A stretch of DNA of 54,552 nt, counting the filler, from Bipalium vagum (taxonomy: Eukaryota), in assembly GCA_037834085.1 (NCBI GenBank). It is 3 parts of 3 records of this genome, joined end to end, with 100 filler letters (N's around TTAATTAATTAA, not from the genome) between each part and the next. Parts side by side here need not be neighbours in the genome. Positions count along the whole stretch, not along the records: positions 17,503 to 34,882 come from JBBMKC010069327.1; positions 34,983 to 54,552 come from JBBMKC010272455.1; 1 more part is not named here. One strand, given 5' to 3'. The notes below the pieces were generated by a model. It was not told where the DNA came from. It saw only the letters and a list, made by a program, of their open reading frames with translations, and ran no database searches. Made by a program: the position numbers and the translations under genes. Shown in pieces: positions 26,516 to 38,441 of the stretch (positions within the stretch are counted from its first letter, which is position 1; each line of letters starts with the position of its first letter).

Positions 26516-27668
26516 GTGCCAATTTGTGATTTGATTATTGATTGGCTGTTACTGGTGATAGTATAGTATTTATATAACGAATACTTTATTCTGCAGTTAT
26601 ATTTGACTTTGCTTTCATTATTAATATTAATATTATTATTGAGAATTAGACTGGTTTAAATGAAAATCTTGCAAACATTTGGTGATTTTTCTAATTAATT
26701 ATCAGGTTTTTCTATTGGGTTTCTGTCTAAAATATTTATTTGTGGAGAACATAATTTTCATTTTTTAAATTCTTTGTGGCTAAAGTTTATGAATAAAAAT
26801 AAATTTAACAAACTTAGTTTTCAATAAAAAATTAATTGTTTAAGGAAATGGACAATTATGGAAAAATTATTTACTTAATTGCCATTGTCTCAGCAACAAA
26901 AATGAGGGAAAGAAATGAAGGGATTTTATTTTCTAATTTAACTATTTTGTTGATATTTTAAAATCTATTCAGATAAAATAAATATTTTACGAGTCTTAAT
27001 TATTTTCGAAAGATTAGCATTGTCTTATAAGTTTCTAATCATGACATTTTGGAGACCTTAAAAAAATTTTAAATTTTGATTTTAATTTTTTTTACTGTCA
27101 AACCTTGTTAATTCGAAAAAAGCTGTAAGTCCCAAAAGACATCCTATTAGTTTATTATTTGTCGGTTAAATCAAAACTCGGATGATTCATTAAAAATTCT
27201 TTTCCATACTTATTTTAATTAGTTTTTTCTTACTATGAATTCTATGATGAATTCAATCATCCATAATTATTAAGATGTCACAAGGTCTTTATTTTAAAAA
27301 TGAAAAAAGAAAACGAAAATATTTCCCCCTTTTATTATAAAAAATAGAAAATATTTTATTATTATTACGAATGTTATGAATTGATTTTATAATATTATAT
27401 TAATTTTGTTATAATATTTTTATAAGGTTAAAATAAAACAAATAAATCATTAAAAACCTATTAAGATAAATTAACATTAATTATCTATTATGTGTTATAA
27501 AATTATAAGTGAATAGAAAGAAAAATTTTAAAATTGAAGAATCATTTATTTCAATAAATTACATTTAAATTATAGAGATCATTACCTAATTTATAATCAA
27601 CAAAATATCTATTTCAAGCCGTTCTGCGAACAATATTTATCTGTTAACAATGAATAAAAATTATAATT

Positions 27669-30600
27669 TTAATCTGGGTCCTAAAAAAATATATTCTATT
27701 AGGCAGTATTCACAAAATATAAATTTACCAAGGTTCTCGAACCAAAGGATGAATTCGGTCTTTTAGAATTTTGACTAAGCTTTGTTATTTCATTTTGTAT
27801 TAAGGATTCCAGTTTTTGTTTTCTTTCATCTTCACTTAATTTACTTGACTAAAATTAAATTGAATAACGAGAATTGGTTATTGAGAATTCAAAAAATAAT
27901 AATAATAAATAACAAGAAAAATTAAAAAAGCACACCATTGTTAAAGTTTTCAAAATGACACCCATGGCTTCTCTACTACTGGATTTAGATTTTTCTAAGT
28001 TTTCTAAATTGATTAGCACTGAATCAATTTTAGAAACAATACATCTTGTGTTATTATCCATATGATCTACACGTCTATTTAGTGATCGATAATCTTCCAT
28101 AGAAACAGATTGACTTAATAATTTATTTTCTTCAGCAGTTTTTTTCATCATTTCATTTTTTTCAATTTTGTTATTTATGGAATTCTGAAGAGAAAAAGAT
28201 TGAAAAATATTTTAAAAATACAATGATAATAAATAAATAATAATATTAAAAACAAAAATTATTCGTTTTTTATTTTAAGAAAAATTATTTTATGTTAAAA
28301 ATCATTCTAACGAAACGAGAAAAAATTAAAAATGTATTGATTTTGTTTTAGATAATCACCATCTTTATTATTAATCATTAGTAACTTATTTTGTAGGAAA
28401 TTAGATTATTTATTATTACTGTACAAATGTTACAAAGAAATGTTAATGTCAGTGGCAAATATTCAATTGTAAGAAAAATAAAAATAGGAGAATACTTTTC
28501 TTATGTTTTATTTCTAATACTATTATATAATAGTATTATATTAAAAGTAACGAGACTGGATTATTTATAATGATGTATAGTCAATATTTAATAAAGAAGA
28601 TTCTTCACAAATATTTAACAGAAAATTTTAATTTTTTAAATCACAAGAGTCCATAAATGGTGAAATACTTAATTGTTCACAGTGTAATTTAAGATGTGTT
28701 TTACCAGGCTATTATAGTATGTCAATGCTTAAATATCTATGATTAGAATATTTATCAATAATAAAAGTAGTTATTATTTTTTAATGATATATACAACACA
28801 AACCCTTATCCTTTTAGTCAAGGGGTCGGGAAAAACGTTAACGAACGAAGAAATCGTCTAATTAAAATATAAAAGAAATGATTTTTTTAAATCTGAAATT
28901 TATTAGGTAGATCAGAAGGTGTCATAAGAAATCTGAAAAAAACTCGTTAATCACGATGTCAGAAAAGGATCAAAGGATAACTAAAAAATAACTTTTTACC
29001 AGAAATGTTAGATTTAATATGAAGCGACAAAGATTAGATTAAGTGCAATCCAAATAAAGAATAAATGTTTATTGCCAGTTACCAAACTACACTTTACTAA
29101 CCTATTGCGCAAAGATAAGCATATTAAATGGAAGAAAATGATAGGAAAGCCGAAGCTAACAAAGAAATACAAAGACTTGGTTGGGCTAGGAAATATTCGC
29201 ATTTCAAAGATGAGTGAAGTCCGCACGGTAATCTACCTCGAAATATTTTGCCAATGGTCGCCAATATGATACTGTTTTTCAATTACGAAGAGCAATTGAT
29301 GAATATTTGTTTAAAATTGATAAAGAAGTTATTCTAAAACTTATTTTATAAATGCCTAAAGTCTAAAAGTCTAAGTAAAATATATTGAGTATAAGTATAA
29401 TCTTTGGTGCGTACAATTGAATATTTCACCAAATTTGTTACTTTAACATTACTTTTTGTATAAATTCAGTTTGATTTAAATATACAGTGCTGAAAAAGAC
29501 ATGTGCATACCCGAATAATACTACATAATATATATGTAGTAATATTAGTTTTGATGATTAATGATTACCTTTATAAAAAATCGATAACGATTTTGTCTAA
29601 ACTAGCCTATTTTAAATTTTCTAATAAATGACAGGAGCGCATAAATTAACTATGGATGAACGTACAAGTGATGGTGCTGGATGAACTTGGAATAAGCTAT
29701 CTTCAAATTGCGAAAAAACTCAAAGTTGCTGACAGAACATTCACTAGAATTATGAAGAAAGTACATGAAATAGGTACTGTGAAAGACAAAGTTAAATCAA
29801 GTAGACCAAAAAATATTCGATTAAAGAAAAATGTGCCTTAGCCCACACAGGTCTCAAAAATCGACGTCCAACATCTTCTGAACTAAAAATGGAATCTAAC
29901 AATTACTATTGAGTTTCTGTAACAGAAGAAACCGTGAGAAATATTCACCCTAAGTATGGATTGAGCGGCTGGCTGTGTGGCTGTCAGAAAGCTATTGTTG
30001 CCAGAGACTAATCGCAAGAAGAAAATAGCTTTCGCTCTCTACCACTTGTCTACCACCAATGGACGCACTTTCTTAGGAGTGATGAGAGATCGTTCAAATT
30101 ATTTCAAAATGAAAAGTTCTTACCAGTATGTATCAATTCAACAGCGACATTTGGAGGAGGCTCAATCATGGTGTAGGGGTGCATGTCCTTGGCTGGAGTT
30201 GATCGCCTCTTCCACTGCATAGAGCTTATGAATCAATATTTGTATATAGATGTTCTGAAGAATCAAATGTTGCCATCGACAAGAGATTTATTGGGGCGTA
30301 ATAAACCATTTATCTTTCAGCTCGAAAATGCTCCAAGTCATAAGGCTAAACTGGTCACTGACTTTCTTGCTCGCACACATGTGGAAGTTTTGGATTAGCC
30401 AGTCCAAAGCCCAGACCTAAATCCCATTGAGCACCTATGGAATATTCTCTTTAAAAAGGTACACGGAAAAAAACCAAGGAGTCTAGAGTAATTATTTAAT
30501 GAGTTAAAAAATGTTTGGCAGCTCATCACTTTTGAGGAAACCCGCAACTTGATGGAGTTCATACCACGACGTGTACGAGCAGTTATTGAACCCAAAGGTC

Positions 30601-33600
30601 TGCAAACCAAATATTGACGGTTGCATGTGAAATTCTAGTTTTTATATATACCAATATTAAACTTGTTTGAATATTTTTGTATAAAAATAAATAAATATCA
30701 AGTTTTCCATTATTTTGTTATATTATTTGGGCAGGGACATGGGTTTTTTCAACACAATGTTTTGGAATTTCCTACATATCTTTTATTAAAAAAAACATTA
30801 TGTAATATGAATAAATACAAATGTAGTTTGATTTTATCAAAATTAAAATTTTTTAGAGGTGCGTACAATTAAATATTTACCACTGTATATATTTGTATAA
30901 TGGTATAAGTAAAAGATAAAAGATTATTAAAAGATTACAATAATAAATATATAACACAATATACAATAATTCACATTATTTCTATATAATACATACGAAA
31001 TAGGTAAAATATGTATTATTTTAATTCTTTAATTGTATTTCTTATTAATTCATTACAAAATACATTTTTTATGATTTTAAAACTGAAAATTCAAAAATAT
31101 TTCACTTTATTTAAAGTAAAAAGAACCTTAACCTTCATATCTTCTAATTCTTTTTCCATTATCATTTGCTCCTTTTCATCTATAAATCTGTTGCCATCAG
31201 TGTCATATTTCGCAAAGACGGATTCAATTTCTGTATCGCTGTAACCTCGTCTACAAAGATTTTATTAAAATAAAAATTTTCAAATTATTTATTTATATTA
31301 TTATTAATTGTCATTAAATATGAAATTTCTGACTTTGATTTTATACTTTAATTTACCTTTTCAAAAAACTAAATGTAATTATTTCAAAAAAGCTTCAGAA
31401 CCATCTAGAACAGTTATCCCATAAAATAACATTTTTAAAGTTTCAATAGATATTATTAATGCAAGACAAAATTCACTAATAAAGATTAAATATATCATTT
31501 TGACAGACAAAAGCCCAATACTGTGTAATTTTTTGATTCCACTTTTATACTAATTTGAAGATCTGGAGTTTAATAAACTTCGCCAGTTCCTTGTGAAGAG
31601 CTTCTTCAAACATGTGACTTATTGCAGATAATTATTGGTATTTTCTGTTTGGGTTATTAAATAAGATTCACTTTTAATTCATTCTTCTTTTTGAAAAACT
31701 GGTCGTCAAATGGTTTTTTAAAAGTGACTTACAATTTTCAATCCGTTTATTTATTTGACTTTCCAATAGTTCGTAAGGGTCGATTTGAAGAGCTACGTAT
31801 ATACATTATTCCTATAAACTGGATGTTGTTGGATGGTGGACTTCAGTGACTAATTGAAAAAATGAATTCAACAGATCTTTATCAAACATGGATACCCTTC
31901 CGCAGTAGGGTTGATATTTGAGGTTAGTGTAATCTGATTTGAACTTTCATTCCATTCAAAATAGTGAAATGATTATTTTCCAAACTTTTGGTGATTTCTC
32001 TGAAACTTATTCTACTTTCACGATATTCAAATTCTTCAAAAGTCCGATAGTTCAATGAAACATTGTGTTTTTCTTATTCCAGTCTTATTGACAAATTTAA
32101 CATGAGTACTTCTTATGATTCACGAATTATTTAATTACCTATTTAAATGACAGGCATGCAAAAATGTAGATATATATGATAAAATTAGATTGATTAAACA
32201 GATGAAATAATCCGGGTGCAATTCACTAAAAAATTAAGTAGCCTGTCTTTATTAAAATGAATATACTAAATTAAAAAGGTAAATTTCCTGAAATGTTAAA
32301 CTTAAAATATAAGAATTCATGTTTCAATATAATCACCTCTTACAATTCCCATTTTAGTCGTTTGGAAATTCATTAAAGTTTTTTATGATTTTTTAATTAT
32401 GTCCGAAAGAACTGTTTTAAATTCAAAGATGAATATTATACATTCTATCATTAAAATGAATTTACCCCAATTTTTTTAAAAACTACTTTTAGTATTGAAA
32501 GATAGATTTCCTTGGCCCATTTCTAAATTTTCGAGTTTCTCTTTATATAGATTTAAAAACAATGGATTTTCCAATGCTTACATTACAGTTATATGAACAT
32601 TAATCAGAATATTTTAGTCAATCTTTTGTGCTTACAATTTCATCTCTGTTTTCCATTCATTGAAATCCATCACTCCGTCATTATTAATATCAGCATTTCT
32701 TAATGCGTTTTGTATATCAATTATTTTTTCTTTTTTCAGGTGTAATTTTTTGAGAATTATTTCAGTTCTCTGAAATTAAACTATGTTATAGAGAGGAATG
32801 TAAATAATTTATTAAATTAACAAATCATTTAAATTTAAAGGACACAATACTGTTAATTATGGTATATTATTATAATTTAATGATGAGGTACAAAATTTTC
32901 TTGTACTACTGAAATTCATAATATTTTCAGATTTATATATTTATAAAAAAAACTTAGTTTTGGCTTAAATATTGTCCATTTATCAATAGGTGTAATATCA
33001 TTAAAATCGTTCACACCAGTTTGAGTCAGCTCAAGTTGAGGAACTAATAAGGGTTCGCAAACATGAAGAAACCTTTGACATCGTAAAAGCATTAAGGAAT
33101 TGACTTGGATATCAGATTAATTTGAATTAGTTTCACTTGTTAGGTAAAAGATCCAGTGTTTAAAGGCAAGTGTTTTAAAATAATAAAATCTATTGAAGAA
33201 TCAATGTTGTTGAGAGATTTTCAGATTTTTATGGATCAGATTTTGACCTCAACCATTCACCAATATCTTCACGCCATGGAAAACGTTAATGCATTTTGGT
33301 TTAAATTCTTAAAAGTGAAATTCTGTTATCCGTTCAGTCTTAATAATAAACTCGTTGCATCTTATAATGATAAATGTTTAAAAGAAATTGAAAAATGATA
33401 TTGAAAATTCACATGAAAATATCGATATCCCTTTTTATAAAGAGTCTTCGTCGGTTCAGTATTATTACAATAAGATATGTTATATACCGCGAGTCACTTA
33501 TGTATCGTATATCAACATTATTGACAAATTATCATGTACTGCTTCAAGAAAAAAACGTATTTCTTCAAGACAATATATGAAAACATTATAGCAAAACACC

Positions 33601-34825
33601 TAAATGAGGTTTTATACAAAACAATCAATTATCCAGCATATTCTCAATCTATCTTTCATCTCGATAAATGTCTTCAATATTTAAATGAAATAAAAGTAAA
33701 AAATAGAAAAAAAATTAGTGCAATATATTTTATACCTAAAGAAATTTTACGAAATCGACTATGAAAAGATAAAAGAAAATTATAGACAATAACAAAAGAA
33801 TATAAATATTATAACAAAATGTTTCCTTTATAAATGGAAAATATTTACAAAACTCCATTATACATGGAAAGACTTCATAAATTGAAATTATGAAAATGTG
33901 TCATATAGGGTAATTTACTTTTGATAAAATAACCCAGAACTTTTAAACTAAATTAACCTCTTTAAGGTAATCAGCAATTTCGAATTCATTTTTTTTGCTT
34001 GCCATTTCTTCTTTGACGTCTGAGTAAGTATCAGTGATGATTGCCAAAAACATATTGAATAAGACGAAAAACACAAAAAAAACATAGAAAACGAAATAGA
34101 TCGGTCCAAGTATTCTATGAGCCATTTCTAATTGTGCAAAATCAAAATCGCCCAATATTATTCGGAAAAGCGTATAGCTGAAATAATACTAAATAAATAT
34201 TTATTATTTTTAAATTAAGACATTTTATTAAAGGATTATTACTTCAACTATGTGACCTGAAAAGGTATTTATATGATTCTGAAAGATTTTCACTTATTTA
34301 ATCAATAGTATTATATTTTCCCATCATTAGAAATATTTTCGTAATATACAATCAGTATTTATGTATCAGAATTTAAAATTGATATAATACATTATTTATT
34401 ATTATTTGATTAATATTATAGAGATTTTTAGAATATCTTAACATTTATCTTAACTCCAAATATTTTAAAATTAATTTTTAATATAATAATTATAATTTAT
34501 TTTAATAATCTTAGAAATAATTATATGATGAATTTTTTGAATTGTGAAAAATGTCATCTTAAAATGAGATAATGAAAATTATATCCTTATAAAATTAGAT
34601 AACATGAAATATATTTCTATTTATATTAATGAAGAAATGTTACATGCAGTTTTCCATTTTACTAAAATCTGCAACTTGGGATCCAAAAATTAAATATCCC
34701 AATTGAGAGAAAGCCACAAATATTATGGAAAACATTATTGTGAAACCTGCTAAGTCTTTCGAACATTTACTTAATGTTGAACTTAGTTGGGCCATTGTTT
34801 TGTTAAAGCTGATATATTTAAAAAT
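27669..34825 (-). CDS. PKD2: Polycystin-2 / TRPP (PKD2/PKD2L-like) cation channel, 3' half (S4-S5 linker to C-terminus)
   Basis: Exons 34825-34644, 34177-33958, 32769-32636, 31250-31133, 28184-27936, 27848-27729, 27680-27669, in frame with [32 protein letters not shown]; pore [10 protein letters not shown]; S6 [21 protein letters not shown]; EF-hand loops [12 protein letters not shown] and [12 protein letters not shown]; coiled coil RRVDHMD...IVSKIDSVL. 5' exons not found in the window. Confidence 0.95.
28450..30885 (+). mobile_element. Tc3/Tc1-like element with IR/DR termini, interrupted by a younger Tc1
   Basis: Outer ends cagtggcaaatattcaattgta (28450) and tacaattaaatatttaccactg-TA (30885). 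Inner repeats of the same motif at ~28658 and ~29406. GKTLTNEEI Tc3-like N-terminus at ~28830; broken ORF. Confidence 0.7.
29485..30757 (+). mobile_element. Tc1 (DD34E) transposon, near full length, pseudogenised
   Basis: TA-cagtgctgaaaaagacatgtgc left TIR and gggacatgggttttttcaacac right TIR. ORFs 29656-30398 give [53 protein letters not shown]. Confidence 0.9.
31450..32130 (-). mobile_element. Highly decayed mariner remnant in a PKD2 intron
   Basis: [20 protein letters not shown] and [10 protein letters not shown] resemble WVPHELSE.Q...R.E.C.SLL and DN..R..QWL. Boundaries approximate. Confidence 0.5.
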
Positions 34826-34882
34826 CTGAAATGAAAATTATATTAAAAAATCAAATTTAATAATTAATGAATTTAATCATTA

Positions 34883-34982
34883 NNNNNNNNNNNNNNNNNN
34901 NNNNNNNNNNNNNNNNNNNNNNNNNNTTAATTAATTAANNNNNNNNNNNNNNNNNNNNNNNNNNNNNNNNNNNNNNNNNNNN
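34883..34982. other. Artificial scaffold joint (N44-TTAATTAATTAA-N44)
   Basis: Same 100-bp linker structure as 17403-17502; falls immediately upstream of the first visible PKD2 exon. Confidence 0.95.
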
Positions 34983-35400
34983 CAACTAAACTTTGATATC
35001 GAAATAAATCTATTCTAATTTATTTTATATTATGAAAATTCTATACTGATCCTCTATGTTCTTTTTCTTCTATATACTTATTTAATTTTCCTATATTTAA
35101 AAAAAGTGTATTTCTAATTTCTTCTTTCAAATTTATTTTTTCTGGTTTAGAATAATATGAAGATGTTAATCCTTGTTTATCTTCAGAAATATCTCTTTCA
35201 TAATTATATTGTATTAATATCTTATATTTAAATTTATTATATAATTTTAAATATTTTTTTAATATTTCCATTAATTCATTTTTAAAATTATGAATATTTT
35301 TGTTATCAGTTTCTATGGTTAATTCAATTTCATTATATTTAAAATTATCAATATTATAAACATATTTTTTAAATTCATCACGAAAGATTTCTTTATTATA
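34983..35400 (-). mobile_element. Maverick/Polinton pPolB N-terminal region fragment (second copy)
   Basis: ORF 35041-35271 ends YIEEKEHRGSV*NFHNIK*IRIDLFRYQSL, resembling the IE....RGSGW.F..I..L.I...Y.PL motif of Maverick PolB N-termini. Confidence 0.55.
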
Positions 35401-35768
35401 TTATATGTTAATCGTTCTTTATGATTTTTTGATTTTAAATGACTTATTAATCCAGTGTTTGTCTGAAATTTCTTTCATAGATTTCATATTTAAATTTCAT
35501 TTTTTGTCTCTTTTATATGTTGTTTTTTAAAATATTTTTTATAGTTATGGACGTAGAGCACGAAACAAAATTAGTATAAAAGTCAATAAAAATAAATTGA
35601 TTATTGGATATAAAAAAGCGGTATATATTATTATTTTATTAATTATTTTTATTATTTCTATTTATATTTAAATAATAAATTCATTCTTTTTCATATTTTT
35701 TTAATTGTTTACAGTGAATAAGGGCATTGTCGTTTCTACTTTTAGTAATTCAATAAAATTAAAAAAAA

Positions 35769-35926
35769 TTTAAAAAGATCATAAGACATAATAAAATAAA
35801 AACATTTATAGAATTACAACTACAACAGGGTTTGTTGATTTTACTGAAGATCATTCCTTACTAACAGTAGAAGTGAAATAAATTAAACCTAGTGAATTAG
35901 GAATATGTACAACAGAATTATAGCAT
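35769..35926 (+). pseudogene. Intein/Hint-domain (block B, TxxH) fragment
   Basis: FKKIIRHNKI / NIYRITTTTGFVDFTEDHSLLTVEVK*IKPSELGICTTEL*H; TEDH at 35843-35854. Matches the I.T..G.V.VT.DH.L....IK..EL.IG pattern of Hint block B. One frameshift and two stops. Confidence 0.6.
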
Positions 35927-37680
35927 ATTCTTTATCAGAAATATTTAATTTATTAACCATGGAATAAAATTTTTCTTTTGATAATAATTCTACTTTAATA
36001 AATTTTCAAAAATATCTAAAATATTCATATGGATAAATTTTTTAATTTATTTATTAAATTTTATTTTAAATATTTAGATTTGAAATGTTTTCATTTAAAT
36101 TTATTTCCTTTGATAATTCTTTTATTATTAATCAAAAGTCATCCAGATCCATTGTGAAAATATATTGATATAGATTTGATGTACCTGATTTAAGATTACC
36201 ATATACATGAGCAGGTCCTAAATGGTCATGATCAATTAATATATTCATAAGATGATTTCTAAATGGACCTTCAATGTTCCTCTTATAAAAATGACAAATA
36301 TTATATTCTTTAAAATGTTCTTTTTCTTCTTCAGTTAAATTATATGGAATATTTATTCTCAATGTATTGTGAGAATATTATTCGATATTTATTAATCAAT
36401 TACAAAATTTTTTTATACAATTTTTTCCTTTAAATAATAATTGATATATATATATATATATATTGCTGACTTATTTAAGATACAAAAATCATAATGTTTA
36501 TTATAGTCAGATTTATTTATATTTATTGATAAACATATTTCAAAATTAAATAATTCTTGATTTTCTTTTTTTTGTTAAATTATATCTAATTTCTTCATTT
36601 ATCCCTGCTTTAAAATCTTTAATTAAAAAATAATGATCTTCATGAAATAATAAAATTGCTCCACATATATTATTTATATTTTGTGAAGAAATATGTAATG
36701 GATATGTTCACCATGATTTTCTTAATTATAGTATTTTTATCAATACCTTCAATCATAAATAAATTTATTTTCAAAATATTTTCTTTTCCAAATTTATTGA
36801 TATTATTTATTTTTATTGGTAATCTTCTTTATTATATTTTAATTTATTTTCATATTATTTATCCCATGTTAATCTTTCTTTATGACAGGGAATTTTATTA
36901 TGCTTTAAAAAAGTTTACCATAAAAAATATTTTTTATCTTGATTCTGAATGTTGATTATTGAATGAGATTTAAAAGGTAATGGAGCCAATGTTCTTTATC
37001 ATAAAATTATTTCATCAATTGAAAGAACTAAATGAGAAAAACCATCAATTATCTATTCAGACTTTTTCAATTTTGGTCATATGTCTTCCATTTCTTCTAA
37101 ATTTAATATAATATTTTCTGTTGATGATTGAATGTTATTTATTGTTAATATTGTTCCAACACACAAGAACTTTTTAAAGTGAAATATCCAGAATCAGTTG
37201 GATGATAAAATTTAATATTTAAATTTAATCATAATTTAAATGTTTTGAAACATCTTCCCTCCTGAATATAATTGAACATTAAATCTTTAATTTTAGGAAT
37301 GAAATTACTTAAATAGTCTCTTAGATCATTTCCTTCATATTCTTCTTTTTAAATTAAGAAATCTTTCGAAGAATTATAAATTTTTTCATGAAGTGTAATA
37401 TTATTTTTATTATTATAATCACTTAAATTTTGATGAGAAATTTGTTGACTTCGATTGTTTTGATTATCGAGATTGTTTGAATTATCTCCACAATATTTTT
37501 ATGAGTTATTTTTGCCGCAACTGTATTAAAAATATCTTCACAAAAAATACATTGTTTATTTGGTGGTTGTACATTATTTTATTTATAAATATGTGATTTG
37601 GATTTTTTGTGAGAAATTAAACGTGTGAGTGTTCTGCAATTTTTTGACAAATATCACAATAACTTTTTCAGGTTTTTAGT
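35925..37680 (-). mobile_element. Maverick/Polinton protein-primed DNA polymerase B pseudogene (N-terminal zinc fingers to exonuclease region, with internal deletions)
   Basis: Collinear motifs across broken frames: YCDICQK..LISHKKSKSH; CIFCEDIF; LPFKSHSIINIQNQDKKYFLW; LPIKINNINKFGKEN; YPLHIS..HYFLIKDF; EEKEHFKEYNICHF..DHDHLGPAHVYGNL; IFHNGSG; IYPYEYF..LSKEKFYS..ISDKEY. Confidence 0.85.
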
Positions 37681-38401
37681 TTTTAAAAAAATTTAACTTT
37701 TTTGATTTTTAAATGTTTTTTAGTTTTTAGGAATTCTGTTTGAAAAAAAATTTTAACTTTTATGTACTTTAACTGTTTTTAGAAAATAAAAAATTATTGA
37801 TTTAGACACATTAGTAATTTCTTTTCATTAAATTTAAAATTGTCAGTTGCTTTGTATTTATTAAAATATATAAGATCATTGTATATATTTGTAATTCTAA
37901 TTCATTTTTTAATATTCAAATTTTGTAATAAAATTTATTAAAAATTGTAAATCTTTTTTGTATTGAAATGAATGTTAAATGTTATATTTTGATTGGTAAA
38001 TATTTCATAATATTTAATTTGTGGAATGTTTTCATTTATTTTGAAGAGCTCTTTATTTTTTATATGGCTTAGATTAGTTCTGATGTTTTTGATTTATATA
38101 AATTTGAGTGAATGTTGAAAATCTAATAAAAGCAAAATTATGAAAATGTAAAAGATTAAAAAGGTTCTATATAAATTTAAATTTCATTTATTTGTTAAAA
38201 AATTAGAAAATATTTTTGTAATTTAAAATAATTTTTAAAAATAATATAATAATAATAACAATAATAATATTATTATTATTTAAATTTATTATTTCAAAAG
38301 AAATTTGTCAATATTTACATTAGATATGTAGTTAAAATGGTCTTAATTGATTAGTAAATGCGCAAACGAAAGAAAAGTAAGTTCAAATAATAATAAAATA
38401 A

Positions 38402-38407
38402 TATAAA
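38402..38407 (+). promoter_or_regulatory. Candidate TATA box of the MMP gene
   Basis: TATAAA 40 nt upstream of ATG 38442; AT-rich context lowers specificity. Confidence 0.35.
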
Positions 38408-38441
38408 TAGTGAATTGAAAATGAAGAAAAATTAAAAAAAA

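Noticed and set aside
30395-31244. ORFs 30395-30610 (-), 30663-30872 (+) and 31011-31244 (+)
   Set aside because: Antisense shadows of the Tc1 transposase and a PKD2 exon, or low-complexity AT-rich frames.
33156-33764. Cluster of four overlapping plus-strand ORFs in a PKD2 intron
   Set aside because: No recognisable motif or splice chain; probably decayed TE sequence.
36656-36955. 99-aa very hydrophobic ORF resembling a membrane protein
   Set aside because: Antisense of the Lys/Asn/Ile-rich Maverick pPolB remnant.
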